Counted from the first letter of the stretch, positions 13,457-28,000 are shown. The stretch: 64,000 nt of DNA from Octopus vulgaris (GCA_951406725.2 OX597825.1:66712001-66776000), one strand, 5' to 3'. The notes: generated by a model from the letters alone, not told the origin. Made by a program: numbers and translations.

Positions 13457-13750
13457 CATACATATATATATACATACCCATTCATACGTCCACCTGTAGA
13501 CAAACATACACACTGACTCAAAGACACACAAAAATATGTAAAATGATGTCATTCAAAGCAAATACCTTTAGTTGCGTATGATATAGAAATGTTTTACTTC
13601 TAGTTAAATTGAAAAGTTCTATTACATATGTTAATGTATCGTTTCATCTCACGAATCATGGGAATATTGAGGAAAGAGAACTAGATATCTGAATTAATAG
13701 ACGTTCCGAGGAAAATGAGTATAAGTTAACAAGAGAGTCAGGTATGAAAT

Positions 13751-14138
13751 GGATGGAAGCACTCCGTCGGTTACGACGATGAGGGTTCCGGTTGATCCGA
13801 CCAACGGAACAGCCTGCTCGTGAAATTAACGTGTAAGTGGCTGAGCACTCCACAGACACGTGTACCCTTAACGTAGTTCTCGGGGATATTCAGCATGACA
13901 CAGAGAGTGACAAGGCCGGCCCCTTGAAATACAGGTACAACAGAAACAGGAAGTAAGAGTGAGAGAAAGTTGTGGTGAAAGAGTACAGCAGGGATCACCA
14001 CCATCCCTGCCGGAGCCTCGTGGAGCTTTAGGTGTTTTCGCTCAATAAACACTCACAACGCCCGGTCTGGGAATCGAAACCGCGATCCTACGACCGCGAG
14101 TCCGCTGCCCTAACTACTGGGCCATTGCGCCTCCACTA
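13751..14138 (-). mobile_element. Family C tRNA-derived SINE, full length, with a 12-bp TSD
   Basis: Minus head TGGAGGCGCAATGGCCCAGTAGTTAGGGCAGCGGACTCGCGGTC...GGTTTCGATTCCC; TSD CAGGTATGAAAT at 13739-13750 and 14139-14150. Confidence 0.9.
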
Positions 14139-14357
14139 CAGGTATGAAATATGTTGCGATGGGATGTATTATAAATGTTTTTTATGAGTGTTATAAAAAA
14201 GTTCTTTACATTTTTGTTATAAAATAATATAGATATTTATCAAATTTCTTCCGAAGGGAAATGGTAATCTTCATAGTATTAATAAAATATTGATTACACA
14301 ATGAAGCACAATTTTTGTCCTTCGTTAGCAACTGTTATTTCCTATTTGCTTACCTAT

Positions 14358-14751
14358 AGGCACAGGAGTGGCTGTGTGGTAAGTAGCTTGCTTACCAACC
14401 ACATGGTTCCGGGTTCAGTCCCACTGCGTGGCAACTTGGGCAAGTGTCTTCTACTATAGCCTCGGGCCGACCAAAACCTTGTGAGTGGATTTGGTAGACG
14501 GAAATTGAAAGAAGCCAGTCGTATATATGTATATGTATATGTATGTGTATGTGTATATGTATGTGTATGTGTATATGTATGTGTATGTGTATATGTTTGT
14601 TTGTTTGTGTTTGTCCCGCCAACATCACTTGACAACCGATAGTGGTGTGTCTACGTCTCTGTAACTTAGCGGTTCAGCAAAAGAAACCGATAAAATAAGT
14701 ACTAGGCTTCCAAAGAATAAGTCCTAGGGTCGATTTGGTTGACTAAAGGCG
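14358..14751 (+). mobile_element. Family A tRNA-derived CORE-like SINE with internal microsatellite
   Basis: Head GGAGTGGCTGTGTGGTAAG, B-box-like GGGTTCAGTCCC, MIR/CORE-like CTTGGGCAAGTG; many copies in the window. Confidence 0.9.
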
Positions 14752-14914
14752 TCTTATTAAATGAACAATGTTATAGAGCAGAGGGTCGGCGGGCGCTTTC
14801 TGCCCTCTCCCATCCTTATCATCTTGTATTATTATCATTAACCTCATCAATGTCTTGTCCATCCCGCAAAGCTACCCACCTTTGTACTGCCTCTATGGCA
14901 AATGAAATGAATAA

Positions 14915-15383
<469 letters not shown>

Positions 15384-15450
15384 ATAAAAATATGAAAAAT
15401 GGCTACTTTTCCTTCAAAAGTTGCTTTCGTTACATTTAACCAGACCCCTA

Positions 15451-15600
15451 AGAATCCATCTCGACACATGGTTATGATGCTCCCCCACTACTCCTTCTCA
15501 TGAGCAGAGATGCACATGTTGTCAGCCACGAAGTGAGATGCTCAAGTGGTTACAATCAAGCAACTGACAAGCAAATCTGTAGTATTGAGTAGAATATTTG
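15451..15600. repeat. Internal fragment of the repeat at 27259-27811
   Basis: ACACATGG.TATGATGCTCCCCCACTAC...CTGACAAGCAAATCTGT matches ~27560-27705. Confidence 0.75.
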
Positions 15601-15785
15601 GTATAACGATATTTCTGCTTCAGCGATCCAGCGTTGAACCTGTCCGAAATGTTATGATGTCCAGATCACAAAACATTGATGTCCAGGTCACAAAAGCAAA
15701 GTTTGAAGGGAATAGTAGTCATTTCCTTTGATTTCTAGATAGAAACAAATAAGAAATAACACTTACTGACCGAAAGCAAAAAATA

Positions 15786-16206
15786 TTGGGTTGTCCGGAA
15801 AGTTCGTGCCGATTTATAGACTTATTTTAGAACATCGTTGAGTTCATAAAATAGGATTTGACTACACCTCCATTTAGAGCACAGTTTAAGCTATCTTTTT
15901 GTGGAAGAAGATTTATGTTCCTATAACCTGTGTTAATTCTGTAACCCTTTTAAATGGAAGATAAGAAAGTTCATTTGCGGCACTTGATGCTTTGGGAACC
16001 AGACAAAAATTGCTGCAGTTCGGCTAGGATGAGTTACCCCACCATCCATATTCACCAGATATTGCTCCTTCGGATTTCCACTTATTCAGGTCTCTGCAGA
16101 ATAGTCTTAATGGTAAAAATTTCAATTCCTTGGATGACATAAAAAGATACCTTGATGAATTCTTTGTCATGAAACCACCTCATTTCCGGGAAGAAGGTAT
16201 TTTCAA
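15786..16206 (+). mobile_element. Internally deleted mariner (mellifera-subfamily-like) transposase relic
   Basis: TA|TTGGGTTG TIR start; MEDKKVHLRHLMLWE joined to TRQKLLQFG*DELPHHPYSPDIAPSDFHLFRSLQNSLNGKNF (YSPDLAPSD motif). The 3' end is cut by a SINE. Confidence 0.9.
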
Positions 16207-16549
16207 GTCGTCCCCAGGACATATTCTTTGTAAGCTTAGTACTTATTCTGTCTGTCTCTTTGGCCGAATCGCTAAGTTACGGGGACGTAAACACATCAGC
16301 ATCGGTTGTCAAGCGATGTTGAGGGGACAAACACAGACGCACAAACATACACACACACATATATATATATACATATACATGCATATGACGGGCTTCTTTC
16401 AGTTTCCGTCTACCAGATCCACTTACAAGGCTTTGGTCAGCCCTAGGCTATAGTAGTGGACACTTGCCGAAGGTGCCACGCAGTGGGACTGAAGCCGGAT
16501 CCATGTGCTTGGTAAGCAGGCTACTTACCACACAGCCATACCTGCGCCT
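16207..16549 (-). mobile_element. Family A SINE
   Basis: Reverse-complement homology ending in CCTGCGCCT. Confidence 0.88.
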
Positions 16550-16665
16550 GGGATCAATGTAGTCGACTTAACCCTTAACTCAAAATTTCTGGCCTTCAGC
16601 CAAAATTTGAAACCAACACTTGACAAAAGAGATAGAACACACATACACACACACACATACACACA

Positions 16666-16713
<48 letters not shown>

Positions 16714-16834
16714 TACACACACACACACTCCTGACCCCACCCCTCGCACACAAAATTGTACCTTAAACCTATTCTGACATATTGTGCGCATATGGATCAT
16801 ACAATAATTTTCATATGCGTAATACTCTCTTATA

Positions 16835-17024
16835 TTGATTTCAAATTTTGGCACAAGGCCATCAAATTCGGAGGAGGGAGTAAGTCGATTATACCGGTTG
16901 CAGTGCTCTACTGGTTCTTATTTTATCGACCCCGAAAAGATGAAAGGCAAAGTCAAACACAGCGGAATACTATACGGAATTGTCGCTAAGCATTTTGTCC
17001 GTCAGTTCTGCCAGCTCGCCGCCT
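16835..17024 (-). mobile_element. Family B tRNA-derived SINE (tail type 2)
   Basis: Minus head GGCGGCGAGCTGGCAGAA; core GACTTTGCCTTTCATC.TTTCGGGGTCGATAAAATAAG. Confidence 0.8.
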
Positions 17025-17158
17025 TAATAATATTATATATTGGGACATCGCAAATATTTATAATATGAGACAGTATATTTGTATATGAGACAGTATATGC
17101 TTTTCACTGTGATATACTCCGATTGAAACATTGAAAAGAGACATAAATCTATAACTCT

Positions 17159-17574
17159 AGGCGTAGGAGTGGCTGTGTGGTAAGTAGCTCGCTTACGAAC
17201 CACATAATTCGGGGTTCAGTCCCAACTGCGTGGCAACTTAGGCAAGTGTCTTCTACTATAGCCTCGGGCCGACCAAAGCCTTGTTAGTGGATTTGGTAGA
17301 CTGAAACTGAAAAAAGCCCATCGTATATATGTATATATATATATATGTATGTGTGTGTATATGTTTGTGTGTCTGTTTGTCCTCACCCTCAACATCGTTT
17401 GAGAACCGATGCTGGTGTGTTTGCGGCCCAGTAACTTAGCGGTTCGGCAAAAGAAACCGATAGAATAAGTATTAAGTTTTCAAAGAATAAGTCCTGGGGT
17501 CGCTTTGCTCGACTAAAGGCGGTGCTCCATCATGGCCGCAGTCAAATGACTGAAACAAGTAAATGAGTAAAAGA
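17159..17574 (+). mobile_element. Family A SINE, full length
   Basis: AGGCGTAGGAGTGGCTGTGTGG...GACTGAAACAAGTAAA. Confidence 0.9.
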
Positions 17575-18555
17575 TTGAGTATGCGTGGGACAATAGGTAA
17601 GAGTTTCGTAATCAGTCGCTGAAAAATACAGATTGCTTGTTTTTCTCTCCCATAGAAGAAAATTGTTGAATTTTGTTGATTAGTTTCAACGGTAATGATT
17701 TAAGAATTATAATGAAAATAGAATTGGAATGCTAATGATGAGAAAAGAAGAACGTTTAGGTGTTGTGCAATCTGAATTATAGAATTAAAAATATATGACA
17801 CAACCAAGGCCTTTCGTAGGTGTTTTTGTTTAAATGTGTTGTAGGTGAACAAAAGTAAAGTCTGCAAATAATTAAGTTTTATAATAAATATATGAACTAA
17901 GATGAAAGAGAATATAATAATAAAAATCAACAGCGTATATAATATCTATTTGAACGGTCTATGAGAGGGAATATGATAAGAAAAATCAATATTTAATGAA
18001 ATATCGAATAAAATGGCTTATGTAACTGTAAGAATCGTACTTAATGAAGCACAAAAGGGAAATATGAGAGTCAATGTTGACTGTAGGAGATATAAGTAGA
18101 GAAGCGTATAAAACAATAGTAAGAATTATTTAACCGTAACAGTGATTCATAAATTAGTGAGCTTTACATTGTTCTTCAGTGTTGTGTATCAAATAAAGTT
18201 TCAGATAATACTATGTGGATTTGGAAATAATAACTATAGGTTGCGGATAGCAGAAACATTATATAAAAACTGAAAAGAAGTAGGGTTAGAGGTTTTTTTA
18301 AAATAAAACAAAAGGCGGGCGGTAAGTGAATTGGAAGTTAGATAGAAGAGTAATATGGATACTGTTAAGATGACCAAATTATAATGAAAGAAAAAAAAAG
18401 AAAAAAAAATCCCAGAAATTATCATTCAATGTTGTGTGTTTGGATACAGATATCCAAACACGGCTTAGCATTTGTTTACAATGTAGCAATTTGAATGGCG
18501 CACAATCCTCATGTAGACAACTATTCTATTTGACTTTACTTTATCTGTCTGTCTG

Positions 18556-18628
<73 letters not shown>

Positions 18629-18714
18629 TTTGTTCGCTGGTATGTTGTTTTTGTTCATTCATTATAAGTCTTGTCTTGAATTATGCTTGCACTGAGGAGT
18701 AAAGAGTGTATACC

Positions 18715-18785
<71 letters not shown>

Positions 18786-18788
<3 letters not shown>

Positions 18789-19378
18789 CTGTTTTATGGC
18801 GAGCTTGCAGAGGGCAAACGCAAGTGGTGTAAACTTAAAAAGTGGTTCAAGGACGGCATAAAGACTACCATGAAGTCACTTGGAATCGATCCAAATGCCA
18901 TAGAACCCCTTGTTTCGAATCGAGTTGGATGGCAAACAAAAGTGTTGAGATGAAGTGAAAGCTTTTGAGGAGGTCAGGATCACATGCAAGACTCAAGAGA
19001 GATTTGAAGAAGCAAGTTGCGATCCGTAAGCTGAATCAGAATGACCTTTTTGGGTGCACAGTTTGTGACTGACCATGCCTTTCTTTTGCTGGACTCAAAT
19101 CTCATCTGTGAACCCATCAAAAATGAAACTCTACCAACTAACCTGCCTGTATATCTGTGCACACCTTTCAATACTTAAGGTCTGCAAATCTAATGGAGGC
19201 CTCAAAAGACATTTTAAGATCCACAAAGATGAGAACTTAACTGCAGCTCTTCGTGGTCTAAATCAAATATGCAATCTATGTGGGTGTCGTTTAAAAAGCC
19301 ACATCTGACGCCATGATGGATGTAAGGTGTAAGTCCAAGGAGTGATCAGACACTGCATAAGAACTAGACAACCACCAT
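18786..19378 (+). pseudogene. RTE-clade LINE 3' end (C-terminal domain plus C2H2-like fingers), decayed
   Basis: QLFYGELAEGKRKWCKLKKWFKDGIKTTMKSLGID...NRVGW matches the RTE C-terminal LFYGEL..GKR...KR.KD motif; downstream KVCKSNGGLKRHFKIH. Confidence 0.8.
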
Positions 19379-20519
19379 ACATATATATACAGAGTGATTC
19401 AAAAGCCGCCATTTATAGGAAATAAATGACGCTTACTGCAATTTACAATATGACATATAGAGACTTGTATGATTATACCTGTACAAGTTCTGTTTCCTGC
19501 AATAACAGGAAGTGGGCCAGGGGAAATATTTAATGAACGTTTCTGGTAAATATATATATTTACACACGGAAAGTAGGGCTTGATTTTAGTGAGATATGGC
19601 GACAACTTCTGACAAGTCATTTTATGACATAGAGGTCTTCTTCGAAGGCTCTTACATATATAAAACAGAAGGAAGATATCTGAGGAAGATATGACTGCTA
19701 TTTCTGTCAGGTCTAGCTGTCAAACAGCATCTAACCTGTTGAGTCATATATTCCTGAATACACAAATTAGAAATCTATCGTTTGAGGGAGAATTGGACTG
19801 TAATATCCCTTAGACCAAATCATGTTTCAGAGAACCATTGCGTGGGATTACGCGTAGATGTACATATACATAAGAAAGCATAATATGCTCTGAAGCAGGT
19901 TTGGTTGCTATTTCTAGCAGACTAAGATGCGATGTTGAGGCGTTATCGCTTTTTAACCCTACTCCATTTTACTGTCATCGTATGTTTTACTGTCATTCTG
20001 TTAGTACACGATGAGTTAAAAGACATGCCCTTGTTGGAAGATAGATTACGTGAAAATATATTTTAAAGATTTTTTTTTACATTAAAGCAATTAATGAATT
20101 TCGATGTCTGTTTACAAAAGCTGTCATAGAAGATAGTGTTATAAATGTAAACAAATCGATAAAATCACTCAGCCTCCCTTCCTCTCCATCTATGTTTCTC
20201 ATTCTCTTTCTCACTCTTTCTCTCTCTCTCACTCTTCTATTCTATATATATCTCTATTTTATTATTCTACGGAAAATATTAAACATACTGAAGTACAAAG
20301 AAAACAAAGGGTTTGACGTCATAGAAACGTATTTCTGAAACTTTCATAAACTCCCACACCATTTATAATCCAACGTATTGCTCGCATAATTTTTGGTAAT
20401 CCTACATAAATTTCAGCTTTCACATTTGTGCTCATATTTATAGACACAGAACAACAGAAAAACGTACACAATTAGCATAGCCAATCATCCCACCATCTAT
20501 CCAAATTTTCCGCCCACTT

Positions 20520-20780
20520 TTCATGAGTGGGTCACGGGAGGAGAGCCCTCAGGCATCTCAGAAGCAATCGCCATTAGACTTTGCAGTTCGATTCCAAAGC
20601 GTACCATCAGTGACTACAGATATTATCTTACCATCTCATTCTTGGCATTCCCCAAATTATCATGCCAGGCTAGAAGAATCCGTCTCGCGATGCCTTCCTA
20701 TTACATTCTAATTACAATCCGTTGTACTGAAACTATGACATCCCACCCAATGCAGAAGCTCGACTTGGATAGACGCCCTG
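20520..20780 (-). pseudogene. Possible highly decayed RTE-like 3' fragment
   Basis: Minus GMPRMRW*DNI resembles GRPR.RW.D.I and ends in CTCCTCCCGTGACCC; weak. Confidence 0.3.
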
Positions 20781-21171
20781 ATCTCCGAGTTACGTGACCT
20801 ATCCAGAATGTTATTCCGGAGAAGTAAAATTTTTCTCCCGTTCTCTGAATTTTTCAGTTAAAGTTACACCCCCCACTCAAACACTTAATATACATACATA
20901 CGTGTATACATGGATGTGTATATATATATCCATAATAAAGTGTACTAGGGTAGTACCAGCAATGCTAAATTTAGGAGTCAAAACGACTCAAAACCACATT
21001 TTTCACTTGTACAAACTAGTGTATTCGAAGGAAGGAGCAAAACATAAACTCAACTTACCGTAAAAGAAAAATCGTAAATGAAATTTTTTCGTTAATGATA
21101 AGGTGGTTTTTATATTTTGCTCATTCTTTGGTTGTCAAGCAATGGCGGAGGGACAAACACAGACCCTCCCC

Positions 21172-21214
<43 letters not shown>

Positions 21215-21296
21215 CGACGGGCTTCTTTCAGCTTCCGCCTTCCATATCCATTCACAAGGAGTACTTTGTTTTCAATTTTCTATCACGGAACAGTAC

Positions 21297-21333
<37 letters not shown>

Positions 21334-21844
21334 CTAGCAGTATCGCCCGGCGTTGCTCGGGTTTGTAAGGGAAATAACTATATAAGCACTTTTAGAGAGT
21401 TACTTCCCTTATAGATGCCAATTCGGGCTTTCTTAGCCATTTCTGTTTTGGTGTCTTCAAGCCATGAAGTCGTTGTTCTAAAAGAACGCTGGTCTCCTTG
21501 ACAACGCTTTACGACGTTGATTTCCTTAAACTCCCTTCCCCACAGCTTCACGAGGGAGGGAAGAAGGGGGAGAAGCAAACAGGTGCAGGTGTGACCATGG
21601 ACGCCAGCTCCGCCGCCATCGACACACGAAAAAATATGCGTTAAAATGAAAAAAAATGATGTTAAATTATTTTTAAAATCGTAGACTCATCGTAGACGCG
21701 CGCTAATACCCAGACGGGCTTGATATGAATTACGACTATAAGATACCCGAATTTGGTTAAACTGCACCGCAAAATGTGGGAGTAGTTAGGAATCTAAATC
21801 GTAGGAGACATACACTCACACAACTACAGTTTTATATATATAGA
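21334..21844 (-). mobile_element. Non-autonomous Helitron
   Basis: Minus A|TCTATATATATAAAACTG 5' end and CCCGAGCAACGCCGGGCGATACTGCTAG|T 3' end, near-identical to the 3353-3724 terminus. Confidence 0.85.
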
Positions 21845-21845
21845 T

Positions 21846-22608
21846 AACAAAGGGTAAAATTAATTAATTAAGAAGTAATCAATAATTTCACCAAGTAGAA
21901 TTCGGCATGAAAAAGGACCATCTCACGGTAAACTTAAGTAATACTAATAAAAGGGTTCAGCAAAGATTTGCTTCACCACACACCGAAGTTTAGAAATAGC
22001 AGCCAAAAAACTTAGCTATTTCTTCTACCTTAAAACGGGGTCTCCCAGAGAAAACCAAAATACTTGAAGACAATTCACACAAGCAGAGAGTAAAGCAACG
22101 AAAATCAATCAATATCTGGTCATACCCTTTGTTATTATTGATAATAGAATTTTCTCCCTGAGAACAAACTGCAGATTGTTTTCTGTAGTAGTTTACTTGA
22201 AGACACACGCGGACGGGCAAGGGAAGCTAAGCGAACCTCATTCATATTTTGAATTCGGCGGTGCTAACATTGAATATGATCTGTCTAATACTGTTAGGTG
22301 GAAAGATTTGTTCAACTATTCTAGTACCTTCGAATTATCGTGGAAAGCCATGCTGAGGAAGAATATGGTTAGTAAAGTATAATTTTATATTCTTTATGCA
22401 AAACCTAATTCAGAAACGCGCGTCCATGGGTGACCAGATATTGATTGATTTTCGTTGCTTTACTCCCTGCTTGTGTGAATTGTCTTCAAGTATTTTGGTT
22501 TTCTCTGGGAGACCCCGTTTTAAAGTAGAAGAAATAGCTAAGTTTTTTGGCTGCTATTTCTAAACTTCGGTGTGTGGTGAAGCAAATCTTTGCTGAATCC
22601 TTTTATTA

Positions 22609-22611
<3 letters not shown>
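21846..22611. mobile_element. PLE-like asymmetric fold-back element: ~180-bp inverted arms 21943-22122 and 22431-22611, HHR in the loop
   Basis: The arms are near-perfect reverse complements. About 100 bp of unpaired sequence precedes the left arm, and the right arm ends in (TA)n. Confidence 0.8.
22348..22429 (+). ncRNA. Type-I hammerhead ribozyme motif
   Basis: Stem I CCATG/CATGG; core CTGAGGA 22353-22359; A-GAAT...ATTC-A; GAAA; palindromic stem III ACGCGCGT; GTC triplet 22422-22424. Confidence 0.75.
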
Positions 22612-22675
<64 letters not shown>

Positions 22676-22680
<5 letters not shown>

Positions 22681-22868
22681 TAAATATTAGGGAATAAATC
22701 CAAATTTACAGGAAAAAAATCAGATTTAGGATTAAATCCAATTTTATAGTAAAATATTATAAAATATTATTAGAGACAAAACCACTTTTTTGACTATTTA
22801 TTAAAATTTTATGTATTGATTAAGTCTTTCCTTGTTTGTTTTGCAAAATAGTGGTTTTGTCTCTAATA

Positions 22869-22877
<9 letters not shown>
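22676..22877. repeat. Small asymmetric fold-back element between (TA)n tracts
   Basis: 28-bp perfect inverted arms ATAAAATATTATTAGAGACAAAACCACT (22759-22786) and its reverse complement (22850-22877). Confidence 0.7.
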
Positions 22878-22921
<44 letters not shown>

Positions 22922-23206
22922 ATATATATGTATATATATATGTATATTTATGTATATATATATATGTGTGTGTATATAAATATATATATACATTTGAGAT
23001 CACCAGTGCTTTATTATCTCCCCTTCTTCTTGGCTCTCCTGTCAAGCTACGTTTTTCCAACCAGTCACCATGATTAGTTGTTAAATCCACAAGTTTATTT
23101 TCATTCCTTCTCTGTTTATTTCTCATTTCCCCAAGCGTCAAACTAATTCACCTTCTAGTCGTTTATATACATGTCATCGTCTTCTGTTTTTTCTGTAAAT
23201 TCCAAC

Positions 23207-23282
<76 letters not shown>

Positions 23283-23286
<4 letters not shown>

Positions 23287-23612
23287 ACAATTAAGGATAA
23301 CTTCTTAATAAGGAATCTTAACAAGAAATTATCAGGTAGTTAGCGTGAAAAACCTCATAAGAGAAAAAATTCGAAAATAATTTTTTCACTTGAAAATATT
23401 TACTTATATTTTATAGAGGGCATTATGATGAACAAAAGACGTATTTGATGCGTTAATTATGAAATCACAGGTGATATAGAACTAAATTCAGTTTTTTAAA
23501 TGTCTTGCTTCGGGAACTGCATTAGGTATGATTAGTTAAATTTTGGTAGTAATGTCTTATGTCGCTCTTAGCGTGAGGCATTTATGTGTAACAATGCCCT
23601 CTATACAATATA
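23283..23612. repeat. Small asymmetric fold-back element between (TA)n tracts
   Basis: TATATTTTATAGAGGGCATT (~23406) and AATGCCCTCTATACAATATA (~23593) are inverted; no clear HHR. Confidence 0.5.
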
Positions 23613-24396
23613 TATATATATATAAATGTAATGCTTATTTGAATGTGGGACGAATCTGCACGCACTATCCATTCACACCGGTTTTAGTCGACCTAAACCT
23701 ATGTTACTTGCCCACAGGACTGAAACTGGAAGAATGTGATCGGGAGGTATACGTGTGTGTGTGTGTGTGTGCACGCGCGCGTACTTGCGAATATGTGTGT
23801 GTGTGTGTGTGTCTGTTGGCGAGCGTGTGCAAGTGTGTATGTTTATTCTTATCTGGGCCTGAATTGTCACGTACGCTTAGGATAATATTATGTCATAATT
23901 ACCATACGTAAAGAACACCACTGTTACACGATATGCGACAGATAACGTCTTTCACTCGCTCACAAACGCATCGGCACACATACTACACACATAGACACAT
24001 ATAACATATATACAGACATATATAAAATAGATATACACATCTCACGTGCACATACACTTCCGGTATTTCAGCACACTATGGCGGTTGGACTCTATTTCAC
24101 TGGTTTCCTTTTTCCTTCATTCATTTTCTCTCCTTGTCTATAATTCCTTTCGAAACAAGTGAGAATATTATAAATGTAAAAGACATTTCCTTCTTTCTTC
24201 CTATTTCCTGAATGTCAACCTAATATATTCTGTTAGATTTTTTAAAATTATTTTTCATTTCGTCTTTGTGTTTATATTTTACGGCATACACATATCCATG
24301 CATACATACAACCATCCATTCCTTCATACATACACATACACGCATATGTACATGAATATATTCATACATATGTATAATATGCAATATTTATATATG

Positions 24397-24504
<108 letters not shown>

Positions 24505-24621
24505 TACACATATATATATATGCATATATTTATACATACATATATATATACACATACATACACATATACATATATATATATATACATATATATATATAAT
24601 TATATATATTTATACACACAT

Positions 24622-24656
<35 letters not shown>

Positions 24657-25131
24657 GAGAGACAGTGAGTGAAAGAGTGAGAGAGAGAGAGAGAGAAAAA
24701 GAGATATACAGGGGGAGAGAGATCAGTGCGTGTGTCTTTGGACACACGAAAATAGACAATTTAGTAATTTAGTTGTCTGATTGATTAAAATGTTGACAAT
24801 TCCAGAACGAAAACAAAATATTTTTCCACATGCAATATGTTTCAAAAACATCACATCATAAATAATATTCACCTTCTAATTCGTCTCAGGTTTTAATCTA
24901 ATTTCCGTTAATATAATATCCAATATCATTTTTATTTTTTTTCTAAAATTTTATGATGCTCATCCTATTATTAAAGAATTCCATGTGTTGTTTTCGTATT
25001 CATATTTCGTACATTGAAAAAAAAAGGAAGAATTATTTTCTATTTTATAGGAAAAGAATGCGTTTCTCAGTGTGTGTGTATGTATGTGTGTGTCCCTGTG
25101 TGTTCGTATTCTGTTTGTCATTATGTCGGTG

Positions 25132-25230
<99 letters not shown>

Positions 25231-25354
25231 GTCGGTGTGCGTGACTGTGCCCACGTTTGTACTCATTTAGCCTATTTCGAGTGAGTGGTTTCAAAGGATT
25301 AACTCCTCTAGATTAATACCGTTAATCTGCTTTGTTTGTTGCAGTCTAGATGGC

Positions 25355-25960
25355 CATCCATCCACTCAATCATCTATCCATCAATACGACCATCCATCCA
25401 TCCATCCCTGAATACCTTCACCCATCCATCCATCCAACCATCCATCCATCCATCCATCCAACCATCTATCCATCCATCCATCCATCCATCCATCCATCCA
25501 TCCATCCATCCATCCATATCCATTGCCAACTGTTCCTTTGAGAACTGTCGCTGTTCATACGCCTAAAACATTGTTTCCGGAGGGTCTTGCCAGAAGCAAC
25601 CTTCAGAGAATTTCCCAAGTGGATGTCCGATCGCGATTAACTAAAACTATAGACGTTTTCCAACCTTCTCCCTCGTGGTCAACCACTTGGTGTCCTGCCG
25701 GCTGGCGTTGCCCGTAAAATACGTCCAGGATTTTTCTCTCAGACATTTTAAAGGAATTTCGATGTTAGATGTGAACCAGCACTGATTGCTGAAGGTCTCA
25801 CTGGAAAAAATGCATAGAAATTCGCGACAATTCATAGGGAAGATTCTGTACAGATAATGCATGCATGTTTGTCCGTCGGGACTTCGAGGAAGCATCTTAT
25901 CTTTAAGGACAACTTGTGGAGGGACTTTGATTAAAGTGAAGCAGAGTTGTGCAACATTAA
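25355..25960 (-). pseudogene. Decayed RTE-like 3' end with (GGAT)n tail
   Basis: Minus TPAGRTPSG*PRG resembles P.GRRP.GRPR and is followed by a (GATG)n tail at 25355-25522. Confidence 0.4.
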
Positions 25961-26123
25961 GGTAACTCTCTCGTATGTAACCATCGTCAATCCAGTATCA
26001 GTACCAAGTCAATGATCGAGACGGATGCAGTGGATAATTATGATATCTCAATTGCTTCAGATTGCTCTCTGCACTCCGCAATATCATTAGAGAGAGTGTG
26101 GTATGGTTTAAATGATTAGAAAC

Positions 26124-26154
<31 letters not shown>

Positions 26155-27201
26155 TAGAGAAGGAGAGAGAGAGAGAAAGGAGTGTTTTTAAAGATTTTTT
26201 AAAAGGACTATTTTGAAATTCTTTGTTTGCGTTTCTTATAGTTATACAATGTTTTCAAATCTGCTGACTTATACTCGAGAATTTCTATAGGTCCGACAAG
26301 TATATATAATAATAATAAAAATTCATTTATGTTATTGCCATGGTGAATGACGTTCATAAAGTGATAATAGATATCGATACGATTGCAAATACTTATTGAA
26401 ACAATTTCACTCTCTTAATACTAATACTCTTGGGAACAAATGGCGCCTTCTGCTTCGCCATTCCGACCCTTCTCAAATAGAAGTTCTTTGACTGTATTTT
26501 ACAAAAAATCAATGTTTTCCTAATTAACTTTCCGATTGGGATGTCCGTTGTATTCAGATGCCGATCTCAAAGAGAAATTTATCGTATTAAATAAGTTTAC
26601 GGGTTCGTGCCATGCTGTCATTTATATTTTAACCTCCGGGGATTTGACAAAACAAATAACAATCCTGGAGTTGATATAACCGCTTATCAACTGTTGTCAG
26701 AACGAGACGTAGTGCATATTATTAGAAAATGGCTGATTCTTTCTTTCATTCATAGTTTGTAAAGGTTTCTTGCACTTTCTATTTCTGTCATTATTACCGT
26801 CCTTACTACTATGAGATCAGTAGATCCCAGTATATCTAACTATAAGCCTAACCAGAGAGGAAATTAGAAGTCACAATTGCAAGCACATTGATAGATTCGT
26901 TTGTACATCGTGGTTATTGTTCCGATCTTAAATCGCACTGAGGTTTATCTGACTCGCTAACGATTCAGCAAAATCGTCACCTTAATGGCAATAATTGTTT
27001 CTATTATAGGCATATGACCTGAAATTTTAGGGATGGAAGTTAGAGGATTACATTGGCCCAGTGTTCGACTGGTACTGTCAATTTGATGGAGCGAATGAGC
27101 TACTCTACAGAACATACATTTACTCTCTATAAACAAATCGTTTAAGCAGCCCGTTCGGCAGAAAGCTGAACACTGATACGTCGTTTCGGCGGGAGAGTAA
27201 A

Positions 27202-27254
<53 letters not shown>

Positions 27255-27258
27255 GATT

Positions 27259-27865
27259 GAGTGAGAGAGCAGTGCATGCCATCAAAGTGACATTGGGGTA
27301 AAATATATAAAGCCCGGTATACCCATCATGACTACCCGTCTGATAAGGGTACACCAGGCACGTGCATCATAACCATATGTGCGTGACATGGTGATCTCTT
27401 ATCAAGATAAACAGCACATGATGTTGCAGGTGGGGCTCAGTTGGAATTTTCTTCTGGTCGAATAACACATCCCGCTCAAAAGGTCCCTGAATAAGGGTTG
27501 TTTAAAGATGTTGAAAGAACCACCCATGTTTCCAGAGGTGAATTATTCAAACCTCAAAGAATTCCTTTCAACACATGGCTATGATGCTCCCCCACTACTT
27601 CTGTTGTGATCAGAGATGCACATATCGTCAGCCACTAAGGGACATGGTCAACTGTTTATGGTCACACAACTGACAAGCAAATCTGTGGTATTGAGCAGAA
27701 TATTTGCTGTAGCCCATCTTTTATACCAAGACAAAACAGTGTACATGATAACACTTCCAATCAGTTAAGATCAGAGGCCATGAGAGCCACTGCATGGTAC
27801 TGCATCAGGGCATTATTATTATTATTGAGAGCAGTGCATGCCATCAAAGTGACACTGGGGTAAAA
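27259..27865 (-). mobile_element. ~550-bp non-coding element in (TAA)n plus an adjacent 39-bp end fragment (27827-27865)
   Basis: Both pieces are bounded by (ATT)n on each side and share GAGAGCAGTGCATGCCATCAAAGTGACA.TGGGGTAAAA. The strand is inferred by assuming 5' truncation. Confidence 0.7.
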
Positions 27866-27904
27866 TTATTATTATTATTATTATCATTATTATTATTATT
27901 ATTA

Positions 27905-28000
<96 letters not shown>

